Source: Halobacteria archaeon
GTDB taxonomy: Archaea > Methanobacteriota_B > Thermococci > Methanofastidiosales > NM3
Assembly: GCA_036733165.1 (NCBI GenBank)
Contig: DAINBB010000003.1
Span: forward strand, 7,546 to 71,545
Direction: 5' to 3'
DNA length: 64,000 nucleotides
The translations under genes and the position numbers were made by a program. This document shows positions 1 through 9,676 of the stretch, piece after piece. The notes beneath the pieces are model-generated. The model saw only the letters and a program-made list of their open reading frames with translations, was not told the origin of the DNA and did not search any database. How positions within the stretch are numbered: the stretch's first letter is position 1; each line of letters begins with the position of its first letter.

Positions 1-2
1 TG

Positions 3-1934
3 GGCGTCGAACTTGACGAGAACGGGTTCTTCAAGGAGCGCGACCTGATATCCTGCCCCATGGAGAGCTCAAGGCCGGGAGTGTTCCTTTCGGGCTGTTC
101 ACAGTCACCTAAGGATATCCCCGATTCTGTTGCCCAGGGTTCTGCGGCAGCTGCGATGGTCATGGACATATTGCCAAAGCCCGTCATCAAGCCTGTCGAG
201 CAGTCCCCTGAAAAGGCCATCAAGGCCGACGATGAACCAAAGATAGGCGTGTTCATCTGCATGTGCGGTAAGAACATAGCAGGTTACATGGATGTCAACA
301 AGCTCTCGGAGTACGCATTGTCATTGCCAAATGTCAAGCATGCGGAGACATTGATGTTCGCATGTTCACAGGATGCCCAGGGCAAGATCAAGAAGGCTAT
401 CAAGGACAACGACCTCAACCGTGTCGTCGTTGCGGCATGCACGCCAAGGACCCATGAGGCCCTCTTCCAGGACACGATAAGGGAAGTTGGAATCAACAAG
501 TTCCTCTTCGAGATGGCAAACATCAGGAATCAGTGCTCATGGGTGCATTCGAACGACCCAGAGGTCGCTCTTCAGAAGGCCAAGGAGCTTGTGAATATGT
601 CTGTCGCCAAGGCGCGTCTGCTGGAATCGTTGGACCAGGGTCAGATAGAGGTCGAGGAATCGGCCATGGTGATAGGCGGCGGTGTATCTGGCATGAGCGC
701 TGCACTGGCACTGGCGGAATCCGGTATCAAGGTCTATCTCGTTGAGAAAAAGGACAAGCTTGGAGGAATGTTGAACGAACTCACTACACTGTATCCTTCA
801 GACATCAAGGCCCAGGACGTAGTCGACAAGCTTGCAGACGAGATTTCCAAGAACAAGAACATCGATGTGATGATAAACACGGTCATTAAGAACATATCTG
901 GTTACATCGGCAACTTTGAGGTGGAGCTCAAGGAAGTTGATCCGATGTACAAGAACTTTGAGGAGCCATTCAAGGTCGGGACTGTAATCATCGCCACCGG
1001 AGCTGAGCTCATCGACCCCAAGGGAATATACGGGTATGGCGACAGCGACAAGATAATCACCCAGCAAGAACTGGAGAAGATGCTCAAGGAGGGCACGTTC
1101 CCCAAGGATGCCAAAGAGGTAATATTCATATCTTGCGCCGGAGCCAGGGAAGACGAGGGCAGGACCTACTGTTGCAGGGTAGGATGCGGCACGATGCTCA
1201 GGAACGCAAAGGCCCTCAAGGAACTTGACCCCGACCTGAACCTGTTCGTCCTCTTCAGGGACATGAGGTCCTTCGGTAAGAAAGAGGAGGAATACTATGT
1301 CGACGTTCAGGAAAAATACGGTGTCAAATTCCTTAGGTACGAGAAGGACAACAAGCCTCAGGTGACCGTCGAGAACGGAGATGTGAAGCTTCTTGTGCAC
1401 GACATGCTTCTGGGTGAGGACCTTGAGTTCAAGCCCGATATGGTCGTGCTCACAACACCGACAGAGGGACAGGCAGAGGACGTTGCAATGATGCTCAAGG
1501 TGCCAACGTCAAAGAACGGTGGGTTCTTCATGGAGGCCCATGCCAAGATAAGACCGCTAGACTTCGCCACTGATGGTGTCTATGTCTGCGGTAGTGCACA
1601 CTTCCCCAAGGGAGTTGCAGACTCGATCGCGCAGGCGGTCGGCGCGGCATCAAGGGCGGCGGTCCCGATTTTCGAGAGGATCGTCAAGGGAGAGGCCATC
1701 GTCAGCGATGTTGACCAGGAAAAATGCATCGGTTGCGGTATATGCGTCAGCATCTGTCCATACGGTGCAATGGCACTAACAGAGGGAAAGTCCCAGTCCA
1801 ACAAGGCTCTCTGCAAGGGGTGCGGCACATGCGCTTCGGCCTGCCCGATGTTCGCGATAAAGATGCCACACTTCACTGACGGCCAGATATTCGAACAGAT
1901 CAAGGCTGCGACCGAGAAGCCCGGAGGTGCATGA
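3..1934 (+). CDS. hdrA: HdrA-like flavoprotein, 5'-partial, apparent tandem fusion. The C-terminal part of an upstream HdrA-like FAD domain runs in frame into a complete HdrA (N-terminal Cys4 domain, FAD domain, C-terminal 2x[4Fe-4S] ferredoxin).
   Basis: Frame is open from window position 3 with no stop. Residues [26 protein letters not shown] match the HdrA FAD-domain C-terminal motif. This is followed by [19 protein letters not shown], which matches the N-terminus of the second HdrA at 3858 (MIGVFICFCGQNIGGYINV). Also present: [17 protein letters not shown] dinucleotide fold, two CxxCxxCxxxCP motifs near the C-terminus, and ATGA stop/start overlap with the next gene. Confidence 0.8.
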   Translation, partial: GVELDENGFFKERDLISCPMESSRPGVFLSGCSQSPKDIPDSVAQGSAAAAMVMDILPKPVIKPVEQSPEKAIKADDEPKIGVFICMCGKNIAGYMDVNKLSEYALSLPNVKHAETLMFACSQDAQGKIKKAIKDNDLNRVVVAACTPRTHEALFQDTIREVGINKFLFEMANIRNQCSWVHSNDPEVALQKAKELVNMSVAKARLLESLDQGQIEVEESAMVIGGGVSGMSAALALAESGIKVYLVEKKDKLGGMLNELTTLYPSDIKAQDVVDKLADEISKNKNIDVMINTVIKNISGYIGNFEVELKEVDPMYKNFEEPFKVGTVIIATGAELIDPKGIYGYGDSDKIITQQELEKMLKEGTFPKDAKEVIFISCAGAREDEGRTYCCRVGCGTMLRNAKALKELDPDLNLFVLFRDMRSFGKKEEEYYVDVQEKYGVKFLRYEKDNKPQVTVENGDVKLLVHDMLLGEDLEFKPDMVVLTTPTEGQAEDVAMMLKVPTSKNGGFFMEAHAKIRPLDFATDGVYVCGSAHFPKGVADSIAQAVGAASRAAVPIFERIVKGEAIVSDVDQEKCIGCGICVSICPYGAMALTEGKSQSNKALCKGCGTCASACPMFAIKMPHFTDGQIFEQIKAATEKPGGA

Positions 1935-2686
1935 AAATGGCAGAAGAAAAGTTTGAACCTAAGATAGTGGCTTTCACATGCAACTGGTGTTCATATGCAG
2001 GTGCAGACCTGGCGGGTACATCGCGTATCCAATATGCGCCGAACATGCGCATCATCCGTGTCATGTGCTCTGGCAGGGTCGAACCTACCTTTATCCTGGA
2101 AGCCCTAAAAGAGGGTGCCGACGGCGTATGCGTTCTCGGCTGCCACTTCGGGGACTGCCACTACATAAGCGGGAACTATGAGGCCAACAGGAGAATGGAG
2201 CTTCTGAAGAAGCTCTTCCAGGACCTAGGCATCGATGAGAGAAGGATAATGATCGAATGGGTCTCTGCCTCTGAAGGGGAGAGATTCTCAGAGGTCGTCA
2301 ACAACTTCACGGAGCAGATAAGGGAACTTGGACCATTGCCCCCAGATTACAATGACAAGCTCGAGCTGATAAGGGGTGCCCTTGAGGGAGAGAGGCTCAG
2401 GATCGTCCTGGGTTCCACCAAGAGGGCGTTCGAAGGCGGCAGTGTAGAGGAGGAAAGGTACAATACGGCCCTCCACGACATCGCGAAGGACGAAATCGAC
2501 AGGGTCAAGATGTTCAAGGTCCTTGACAGGGAGGCTCGTCCGCTCACGGTTCCAGAGTTCTCTGAAATGACCGGAATTCCCAAGATGACGGTATGGAGAC
2601 ACGTACTCTCACTCACAAGGAAGAACCTCCTTGAGGCAATTGGTGAGGAGCATCAATACATGCTGTACCAAAGGAGGGGTGTGTAA
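1931..2686 (+). CDS. mvhD: MvhD-like (methyl-viologen-reducing hydrogenase delta subunit) domain protein with an approximately 110-aa C-terminal extension resembling a winged helix-turn-helix. The likely true start is ATG 1937 (RBS GGAGGTG 1924-1930).
   Basis: [19 protein letters not shown]...[36 protein letters not shown] is the canonical MvhD Cys pattern. The C-terminal [31 protein letters not shown] looks like an HTH recognition helix plus wing. Confidence 0.8.
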   Translation: MKMAEEKFEPKIVAFTCNWCSYAGADLAGTSRIQYAPNMRIIRVMCSGRVEPTFILEALKEGADGVCVLGCHFGDCHYISGNYEANRRMELLKKLFQDLGIDERRIMIEWVSASEGERFSEVVNNFTEQIRELGPLPPDYNDKLELIRGALEGERLRIVLGSTKRAFEGGSVEEERYNTALHDIAKDEIDRVKMFKVLDREARPLTVPEFSEMTGIPKMTVWRHVLSLTRKNLLEAIGEEHQYMLYQRRGV

Positions 2687-3861
2687 TGGTCATCAAGGAC
2701 GAGGAGATGGACTTCGAGTTCTCAAAGAAACTTGAGAAGGAGCTTGAGAACAGCTTTGCGAAGTGTTTCCAGTGCGGTACCTGCACAGCCAGGTGCCCCG
2801 GGGGCGTCATCTCCGATTACAGGACAAGAAAGTTCATGAGAATGGCCCAATTGGGTCTAAAGGACAAGATACTGGGCTCAGAAGACCTATGGAACTGCAC
2901 GACATGTTCCACCTGCAAGATCCTTTGCCCTTGGGAAGTAGACCCCCTATCCACGATCTTGAAGCTGAGAAGGGAAGCGGTCAAGGCCGGCAAGGAGAAC
3001 AAGAAGCATGATCCCCTAGTGAAGAGCCTTATCAACTATGACAACCCCTGGTTGCAACCAAGGGCGGCAAGGAAGAAATGGTACAAGGGTCTCGATGTCG
3101 TTGACCTCTCAAAGGAACCCGGCAAGGCGGATGTGCTCTATTACGTTGGATGCACGGCCACCTTCGACAAGAGGCTGTGGGGCATGTCAAGATCTGTGGT
3201 CAAGGTCCTCAACAAGGCAGGCATCACCGTAGGTGTGCTTGGCAAGGATGAGAAGTGCTGCGGAGGTACTGTCCGCGGTGTGGGTCATCCAGAGATCTTT
3301 GAAGAGCTGGCGAAACAGAATGTAGACGATCTCAACAACGCCGGCGTGGACACTATAATATTCTCATGTCCCGGATGTCTCAACACGATAAAGAACGCAT
3401 ACAAGGCCGAGAAGATAGGGGAAATAAAACCCAGGCTCATTCATGTCGTTGAATATGTGGACGAGCTTCTCAAGGAAGGCAAGCTGAAACTTGACAAGGA
3501 TGTCAAGAGGATAGTCACATACCATGACCCATGCCACCTTGGAAAGCACTGTGAGGTTTTCGATGCCCCGAGGGATATCCTCAAGGCCATCCCTGGACTT
3601 GACTTCAGGGAGATGAAGTTTGTAAGAAAGGATTCCTGGTGTTGCGGTGCCGGCGGAGGCGTGAAGACTGCATTCCCCGAGCGCGCGACAGAACTGGCGG
3701 TCAATCGTCTGGATCAGGCGGAGGAGACGGAAGCTGACACGATATGCAGCGCATGCTCGTTCTGCTATCAGAATCTTTTGGACGGTCTGGTGGCCAAGAA
3801 GGATTCCAAGATGGAGATGAAAGATATTATGGAACTTGTAGCGGAGGCGATTGAGGAATGA
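2686..3861 (+). CDS. hdrD: HdrD-like iron-sulfur/CCG-domain oxidoreductase (HdrC-like 2x[4Fe-4S] ferredoxin fused to an HdrB-like tandem CCG domain)
   Basis: CFQCGTCTARCP and CTTCSTCKILCP ferredoxin motifs. Two CCG domains (…GCTATFD…KCCGGTV… and …HDPCHLGKHC…WCCGAGGGV). TAATG overlap with mvhD, and RBS AAGGAGGGG upstream. Confidence 0.8.
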   Translation: MVIKDEEMDFEFSKKLEKELENSFAKCFQCGTCTARCPGGVISDYRTRKFMRMAQLGLKDKILGSEDLWNCTTCSTCKILCPWEVDPLSTILKLRREAVKAGKENKKHDPLVKSLINYDNPWLQPRAARKKWYKGLDVVDLSKEPGKADVLYYVGCTATFDKRLWGMSRSVVKVLNKAGITVGVLGKDEKCCGGTVRGVGHPEIFEELAKQNVDDLNNAGVDTIIFSCPGCLNTIKNAYKAEKIGEIKPRLIHVVEYVDELLKEGKLKLDKDVKRIVTYHDPCHLGKHCEVFDAPRDILKAIPGLDFREMKFVRKDSWCCGAGGGVKTAFPERATELAVNRLDQAEETEADTICSACSFCYQNLLDGLVAKKDSKMEMKDIMELVAEAIEE

Positions 3862-6140
3862 TTGGCGTATTCATATGTTTCTGCGGACAGAACATTGGTG
3901 GTTACATCAATGTCCCAGAGCTCACAGACTACTTCAATAACTGGAGAGATGACGTTGTTGCCTTCAACACAACATTCCTTTGCTCCGAGATCGGTCAGGA
4001 TTTGATCAAGGACAAGATAGAGGAATTGAACCTTGAGGCAGTGGTAATTGCTTCATGTTCTCCTAAGCACCATGGTGGGATCTTCCAGGCCTGCATTGGA
4101 CAGAAGATGAACCAGTACAGGTGGGAGTTTGCCAACATCAGGGAGCAGTGTGCTTGGGTGACACCCAACAAGAAGAATGCCACCGAGAAGGCCAAGGCCA
4201 TCATAGCCGGCGCCGTCGAGAAGGCCAGATTGTTGCAGGACATCGGTTCAACAAGGGTGCCTGTGACCAAGGACGTCCTTGTCATAGGCGGAGGTATCGC
4301 TGGTATGCACGGTTCCTTGGAACTCACTGACAAGGGATTCCATGTGCACATGGTGGAAAAACAGGAGACCATCGGCGGACACATGGTACAGTTCGACAGG
4401 GTATTTCCGACCGATGACTGTGCAATGTGTACGAGCTCGCCTATTCTTGCCGACGTAGCAATGGACCCACTGATAGACATATACTCCCTTTCCGAGGTCA
4501 TAGAGGTCCGAGGAAGGCCTGGAGAGTATATTGTGAAGATCAGAAGAAATCCAAGATATGTCGATGAGTCTAAGTGTACGGCCTGCGGTGACTGTACCAC
4601 GCACTGCCCAGTCGAGGCCTGGAGCGAATGGCGCTATGGAATGGCGGTCAGGTCTGCGATAGACAAGCCGCTTGCACAGGCTGTGCCGCTCAAGAACAGG
4701 ATATACAATGACACATGTATCAGGTGCGGGACCTGTGAGAACGTCTGTAAGGCAGATGCGGTTCTATATAATCAGGAACCCGAGGAGTTCGAGATAACCG
4801 TCGGTGCGATAATGATATCGACAGGCTACGACATTCTTGACCTTTCAAACACAGAATATCATCAGGAGCATCCCAATGTCATATCCCATCTGCAACTTGA
4901 GGCGCTGAAGGTGCCATCTGGTCCAACGGCCGGAGAGATTCTGAGGCCATCGGACGGTAAGATGCCGAAGCACCTCGTGTTCGTACTATGTGCGGGGTCC
5001 AGGGACAGGAGACACAACGTATACTGTTCCAAGGTGTGCTGCATGTACACCACCAAGAACGCAAGGCTGATCAAGGCGGAGAATCCCAACATGAAGATCA
5101 CCATTTGCTATATCGACGTCCGTGCTGCAGGAAGGGGATATGAGGAATACTTTGACAAGGCCCGTGAGATGGGCATAAACTATGTCAGAGGCAATGTGTC
5201 CGAGATAGTTCCCAACGGGGAGGACCTCATAGTGAGGCTCGAGGACACCTTCACGAGCGAGCCATTGGAGCTTGACGCTGACCTTGTTGTCCTGTCAAGC
5301 GGAATGGTGCCTTCGCAAGGTACCAGGGACATGTCCGAAGTGATACATGTGGTATCTGGCGCAGACAAGTTCCTTGCGCCGGTGCACGTGAAGATCGCGC
5401 CTGTCGACACTGCCAACACCGGTGTCTACATCGCGGGTACCGTTGAGGCACCCAAACCTATCCAGGAGTCAATCACGGACGCGGGTCTCGTGGCATCCAG
5501 GATAGCCACGTTCCTTAAGGATCCCGAGATAGAGATCGATCTGAAGACCTCGAAGATAAACGCCGACGTATGTATAAAGTGCGGCACATGCGCGGACAAC
5601 TGTGTCTACGATGCCATTGACACCACCGGTGAGGACTTCAAGGTGCTTGATGTGTCATGCCAGGCATGCGGTAAGTGCTCGGTGATATGTCCGACAGGGG
5701 CCATTGACCTTCAGTTGTACACCGAGGACCAGCTCATCAAACAGGTCGATGGTATACTGGAGCAGGACCCGGACTCGATAATAGGATACTGCTGTTACCA
5801 ATGCGGTTACAACGCCGCTGACCTTGCAGGTACTGCAAAGGCTTTCATAAACCCCAAGGTCAAGGTCGTATTGGTGCCCTGTTCAGGACGTGTGACCATA
5901 CAGCACATGCTCTATCCGTTCTTCAAGGGCGCGAAGGGCGTCTTCCTCGCAGCATGCCTCGAGGGCCAGTGCCATTACATAGACGGCAATCTGCAGGCCA
6001 AGGAGAAGGTCAAGCTGGCGAAGAAATCACTGGACCTGATGGGTGTTGGTGGACGTAAGCTGAATCTGTTCAACATGTCCTCGGCAGAAGGTCCTAAGTT
6101 TGTCGCTGCTGCTAAAAGGATGGTGGAAATATGTCAGTAG
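3858..6140 (+). CDS. hdrA: HdrA-MvhD fusion protein (HdrA2-type): N-terminal Cys4 domain, FAD domain with an inserted ferredoxin domain, C-terminal ferredoxin, then a fused MvhD domain
   Basis: MIGVFICFCGQNIGGY N-terminal domain; VLVIGGGIAGMHGSLEL FAD fold; four CxxCxxCxxxC(P) motifs; C-terminal YCCYQCGYNAADLAG…VPCSGRV…ACLEGQCHY is MvhD-like. ATGA overlap with the upstream gene. Confidence 0.85.
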   Translation: MIGVFICFCGQNIGGYINVPELTDYFNNWRDDVVAFNTTFLCSEIGQDLIKDKIEELNLEAVVIASCSPKHHGGIFQACIGQKMNQYRWEFANIREQCAWVTPNKKNATEKAKAIIAGAVEKARLLQDIGSTRVPVTKDVLVIGGGIAGMHGSLELTDKGFHVHMVEKQETIGGHMVQFDRVFPTDDCAMCTSSPILADVAMDPLIDIYSLSEVIEVRGRPGEYIVKIRRNPRYVDESKCTACGDCTTHCPVEAWSEWRYGMAVRSAIDKPLAQAVPLKNRIYNDTCIRCGTCENVCKADAVLYNQEPEEFEITVGAIMISTGYDILDLSNTEYHQEHPNVISHLQLEALKVPSGPTAGEILRPSDGKMPKHLVFVLCAGSRDRRHNVYCSKVCCMYTTKNARLIKAENPNMKITICYIDVRAAGRGYEEYFDKAREMGINYVRGNVSEIVPNGEDLIVRLEDTFTSEPLELDADLVVLSSGMVPSQGTRDMSEVIHVVSGADKFLAPVHVKIAPVDTANTGVYIAGTVEAPKPIQESITDAGLVASRIATFLKDPEIEIDLKTSKINADVCIKCGTCADNCVYDAIDTTGEDFKVLDVSCQACGKCSVICPTGAIDLQLYTEDQLIKQVDGILEQDPDSIIGYCCYQCGYNAADLAGTAKAFINPKVKVVLVPCSGRVTIQHMLYPFFKGAKGVFLAACLEGQCHYIDGNLQAKEKVKLAKKSLDLMGVGGRKLNLFNMSSAEGPKFVAAAKRMVEICQ

Positions 6141-8083
6141 ATGAGAAGAAGGAAGAACCTATCCAGGTATCCGGCGGATGCGAGATAGGTGGCGTCTTGG
6201 AATGTGCCACCTGCAAGAGATGTTCGCTTGTCTGTCCGACAGAGCTTAACCTGGAAAAGGTCGTAAGGATCTCAAGATACCTCAGGGACCCGAAAGGATC
6301 CCACAGGAACATCTTCAAGATCACGTCGAAGCTCGCCGGAATGGCGGAGACACAGAGCTGGCTCAAGAACGGCGAGACAGGCACTGACATAGCATACTTC
6401 CCAGGTTGTTCAGCCCTCTTTGACATACTGTTGCAGAGGGACACCAACTACGCTGGTTCCGCCGAGGCGGCCGTGCTCGTATTGAACAAGCTAGGTTTCA
6501 AACCAGAAGTCATCTATGGCTGTTGCGGACATGACCTATATTACTCGGGTGCGCTCGATGAGTTCGAGACCGTCAAGAAAGAGATGATGAAGAAGGTCGA
6601 GGGCAAGAAGATAGTGGTCGGTTGTGCCGAATGCTACCATATGCTCAAGAACGTATATGGCATAGAGGATACGATACCTTTCGCAGAGTTCGTCCTTCAG
6701 CACAATCCGAAGTTCGAAAAGACCGACCTCAAGACCACCTACCACGACCCATGCAGGCTTGGCAGGTACAACAGCGTCTACGATGCTCCAAGGGAACTTC
6801 TGAAGAAGGCATCCGACTTCAGGGAGATGGAGAACATAAGGGAAGAGGCCATATGTTGTTCCGTTTCCGCCTGGCTCAACTGCAACAAGACGGCAAGGGA
6901 GGTCAGATTCAACAGGATCAAGGAAGCGAAGGCGACTGGCGCGGATTACCTTGTGACCGCATGCAACAAGTGTTCCATACATCTCGACTGTGTCCATTAC
7001 GAACTCAACAAGGAAGAGGTCGAGGAGCTCAGCGATATCAAGATAATGGGGCTTGAGGAGGTCGTCGGCTACGCCATGGGTGTCTATGACCCGTTCAAGG
7101 AGGAGAAGTCGTACGAGGTGCCGGAGATCACAGGCAAGTTCCTTGAACCGATCGAGATCGAGAAGGACCTTGAGAGATATATCGACGAGGAACTTGTCGA
7201 AGAGGCGTTCAAGTGCACGTCCTGCAAGAACTGCGCCATTGTATGCCCCGTGCATTACGATACCCCCGGAATGATGATGGAGGTATTCAGGCCGGAGCTT
7301 GTAAAGCGCGGCCACGGTCCTGAGAAACACGCGAAGATAGAGGGCGTCCTAAGGAAGACCGGAAATGCTTTCGGTGCGGAGGAAGGCGTAAAGACCAAAC
7401 TAAATCCAAAGGCAAAGTATGTATACTTCCCGGGATGCGTTGCTCAGTTCAGGCGCGATGACGTTTTCCAGGCAACGACCAAGATCTTGGACCTTCTCAA
7501 GATCGACTATGAGATACCAGAAGGGCTCGTATGTTGCGGTTCCGTCCTGAAGAGGACAGGTCACCCGATGGACTTCCTGATCGAGCAGAACATGAAGCTG
7601 CTCAAGGGCAAGCCCATAATCACATCCTGTTCAGGTTGTTATGCAACCTTGAAGAAGGACTATGAGGGCCTTGAGGTGTATCACATAACAGATATCATCA
7701 AGGAGAATCTGGACAAGCTTCCGCTGAAGGAGGTCAAGAAGAAGGTCATGTACCACGATCCTTGCCACCTTGGAAGGAAGTTCAGTTACTACGACATCCC
7801 AAGGGAGATAATCGAGGCCATTCCGGGCATTGAGCTCGTACCCTTCGACAAGGAGAAGGAGAACGCGCAATGTTGTGGTGCAGGTGGCGGGGTGAAGTCT
7901 GCGAAGCCAGACATCGCAAACAAACTTGCACAGAAGAAGATGGACGAGGCCAAGGAAAAGAAGGCCGACATGGTCGTATCATCATGTCCCTTCTGTGAGC
8001 TCAATCTTCAGGACAACAACAACGACATACCGGTGGTCGACATCCTGAATCTCCTTATGGAATCACTGGGGGTGGAAGCATGA
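6131..8083 (+). CDS. Internally duplicated HdrD-like protein: two consecutive [ferredoxin + CCG + CCG] units in one polypeptide
   Basis: Unit 1: CATCKRCSLVCP; YFPGC…CCGHD; HDPCRLG…ICCSVSAW. Unit 2: FKCTSCKNCAIVCP; YFPGC…VCCGS; HDPCHLGRKF…QCCGAGGGV. Confidence 0.75.
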   Translation: MSVDEKKEEPIQVSGGCEIGGVLECATCKRCSLVCPTELNLEKVVRISRYLRDPKGSHRNIFKITSKLAGMAETQSWLKNGETGTDIAYFPGCSALFDILLQRDTNYAGSAEAAVLVLNKLGFKPEVIYGCCGHDLYYSGALDEFETVKKEMMKKVEGKKIVVGCAECYHMLKNVYGIEDTIPFAEFVLQHNPKFEKTDLKTTYHDPCRLGRYNSVYDAPRELLKKASDFREMENIREEAICCSVSAWLNCNKTAREVRFNRIKEAKATGADYLVTACNKCSIHLDCVHYELNKEEVEELSDIKIMGLEEVVGYAMGVYDPFKEEKSYEVPEITGKFLEPIEIEKDLERYIDEELVEEAFKCTSCKNCAIVCPVHYDTPGMMMEVFRPELVKRGHGPEKHAKIEGVLRKTGNAFGAEEGVKTKLNPKAKYVYFPGCVAQFRRDDVFQATTKILDLLKIDYEIPEGLVCCGSVLKRTGHPMDFLIEQNMKLLKGKPIITSCSGCYATLKKDYEGLEVYHITDIIKENLDKLPLKEVKKKVMYHDPCHLGRKFSYYDIPREIIEAIPGIELVPFDKEKENAQCCGAGGGVKSAKPDIANKLAQKKMDEAKEKKADMVVSSCPFCELNLQDNNNDIPVVDILNLLMESLGVEA

Positions 8084-8706
8084 GCGAAGCCGAGACAAAG
8101 AAGGTGGATCAGATGGAAGAGGACCCGTACGAACTGGAGAACTTCCACAAGATCCTTGAGGACAGCAAGATCCTCAACTGCGTCCAATGCGGGAAATGCA
8201 CCGGAGGCTGCCCTGCAGGAAGGGACTCCAGGATAAGGATAAGGGAGCTTATCCATCTTGCCCACGAGGGTCATGACATCAAGGACTGCAAGGAGCTATG
8301 GCTTTGCACAACATGCTACAACTGCCAGGAAAGGTGTCCCAAGGGCGTTGACACGACAGAGGCCATCATTTCCCTGAGAAACAGGGCCATAAGAAAGGGC
8401 GACCACAACTTCCCGGAGATCCACGTCACCGCGATCACGTCCTTGCGTGATCAGGCCGATGGATTCCCGCTCAGCCCCGATGTTGAGTCTATCAGGTCTG
8501 TCATCGGACTTCCGAAACATCCGCACGACCTGGCCCATGACCCAGAGGGTCTCAAGAAGTTCCAGGAACTCATGGACGACCTTGACATCGTGGGACTAAT
8601 CGAGAAGCAATGTGGCGACAGCAAGCCATGGAAGTACGTGGACATCGATTACAAGCCACCAGTTGCCAGAGGCGCCAAGAAGAAGGAGGCTGAGTCAGAT
8701 GAGTGA
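8080..8706 (+). CDS. hdrC: HdrC-like subunit (2x[4Fe-4S] ferredoxin)
   Basis: CVQCGKCTGGCPAG and CTTCYNCQERCPKGVD motifs. ATGA overlap with the upstream gene. Confidence 0.8.
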   Translation: MSEAETKKVDQMEEDPYELENFHKILEDSKILNCVQCGKCTGGCPAGRDSRIRIRELIHLAHEGHDIKDCKELWLCTTCYNCQERCPKGVDTTEAIISLRNRAIRKGDHNFPEIHVTAITSLRDQADGFPLSPDVESIRSVIGLPKHPHDLAHDPEGLKKFQELMDDLDIVGLIEKQCGDSKPWKYVDIDYKPPVARGAKKKEAESDE

Positions 8707-9604
8707 AGAGGAAACAAGGAAACAGGAGACTTACTCTCTTTTCCCTGGATGCATCGCCAAGAACATGTATCCCTCCATAGAGAAGTCTACATATACCATC
8801 TTTGAGAAGATAGGCGTAAAGCTTCTCAATCACAGATACTCCTGCTGTCCAGCACCAGGTGTCTTCAGGGGATATGACAGGAAGACCCACATGACACTAG
8901 GTGTCAGGAACATAGTCATGGCGGCACAGGACAACGTGGATGTCATGACAATATGCAACGGATGCTACGGTTCCCTTTGGGAAGCGAACGAGATGTTCAG
9001 GAAGAGCAAGGAGAACCAGGAATTTGTGAACGGGAAACTTGCCAAGATAGGGCTCTCATACGATGGGAAGACCGAGGTGCTCCACTTCGTGGATGTTCTT
9101 CACAAGCACTTGGAGGATGTGGAGAATGCAAAGGAGATCGATCTTGGTCTTAAGGTGGCGGTCCATTACGGATGCCATTATCTGAGGCCGTCTGACAAGC
9201 ATCCCGACATCAATCCCGAAAGCCCACACGTCATCGAGGATGTCGTTGAGGCATTGGGCTGCGAGAGCGTGGACTTCAAGAACAAGCTTTCCTGCTGCGG
9301 TGCCGGCGGAGGTGTCTGGAGCGGAGCAGAGGAACTTGGGCTCAGGGTCCTTGATGCGAAGCTCAAGAACGTTCAAGAGTCAGGCGCAGACTGCATAGTC
9401 AACATATGCCCGTTCTGCCACATGCACCTTGACCAGAGCCAGGGCAAGCTTGAGGAGAGGTACAAGATACCTATCCTGCACCTTAGCGAGTTGACCGGTC
9501 TGGCATTTGGCATAAGACCAAAACACCTTGCGATGCACACGCACCTGATATCCACGCGTGACATCGAGAAGAAGATCAAGAGCGCAAAGAAGGAAAAGGC
9601 ATAG
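8699..9604 (+). CDS. hdrB: HdrB-like subunit (two CCG domains)
   Basis: ATG at 8699 overlaps the hdrC stop (8704-8706). FPGCIAKN…SCCPAPG and HYGCHYLRP…SCCGAGGGV motifs. The track ORF began further upstream with out-of-context residues. Confidence 0.8.
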   Translation: MSEEETRKQETYSLFPGCIAKNMYPSIEKSTYTIFEKIGVKLLNHRYSCCPAPGVFRGYDRKTHMTLGVRNIVMAAQDNVDVMTICNGCYGSLWEANEMFRKSKENQEFVNGKLAKIGLSYDGKTEVLHFVDVLHKHLEDVENAKEIDLGLKVAVHYGCHYLRPSDKHPDINPESPHVIEDVVEALGCESVDFKNKLSCCGAGGGVWSGAEELGLRVLDAKLKNVQESGADCIVNICPFCHMHLDQSQGKLEERYKIPILHLSELTGLAFGIRPKHLAMHTHLISTRDIEKKIKSAKKEKA

Positions 9605-9650
9605 ACCTTTCCTTTATTTTTTTTCTATTTGTAAGACAAATTTTTTATTA
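9605..9650 (+). terminator. Oligo-T rich tract directly after hdrB (archaeal-type terminator candidate)
   Basis: cctttattttttttctatttgtaagacaaattttttatta; runs of 8 and 6 T. Confidence 0.4.
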
Positions 9651-9676
9651 CGAAAATCATACTACCTTCATACAAT

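Noticed and set aside
60-1934. Independent gene starting at ATG 60 (as in the ORF track)
   Set aside because: The frame is open upstream to the window edge, and residues before and after position 60 form a contiguous HdrA FAD-domain motif. The true start lies outside the window.
3858-6140. Selenocysteine (in-frame TGA) in HdrA as in some methanogens
   Set aside because: The conserved positions are encoded by Cys codons. No in-frame TGA or SECIS-like hairpin was noticed.
6536-7330. 264-aa antisense ORF inside the duplicated hdrD-like gene (also 798-1400, 3995-4600, 53921-54535, 54936-55718, 58923-59543, 47742-48275, 52616-53170)
   Set aside because: All lie fully inside well-supported sense genes with recognisable motifs. 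The antisense translations are low-complexity (Arg/Leu/His-rich) with no motifs or RBS.
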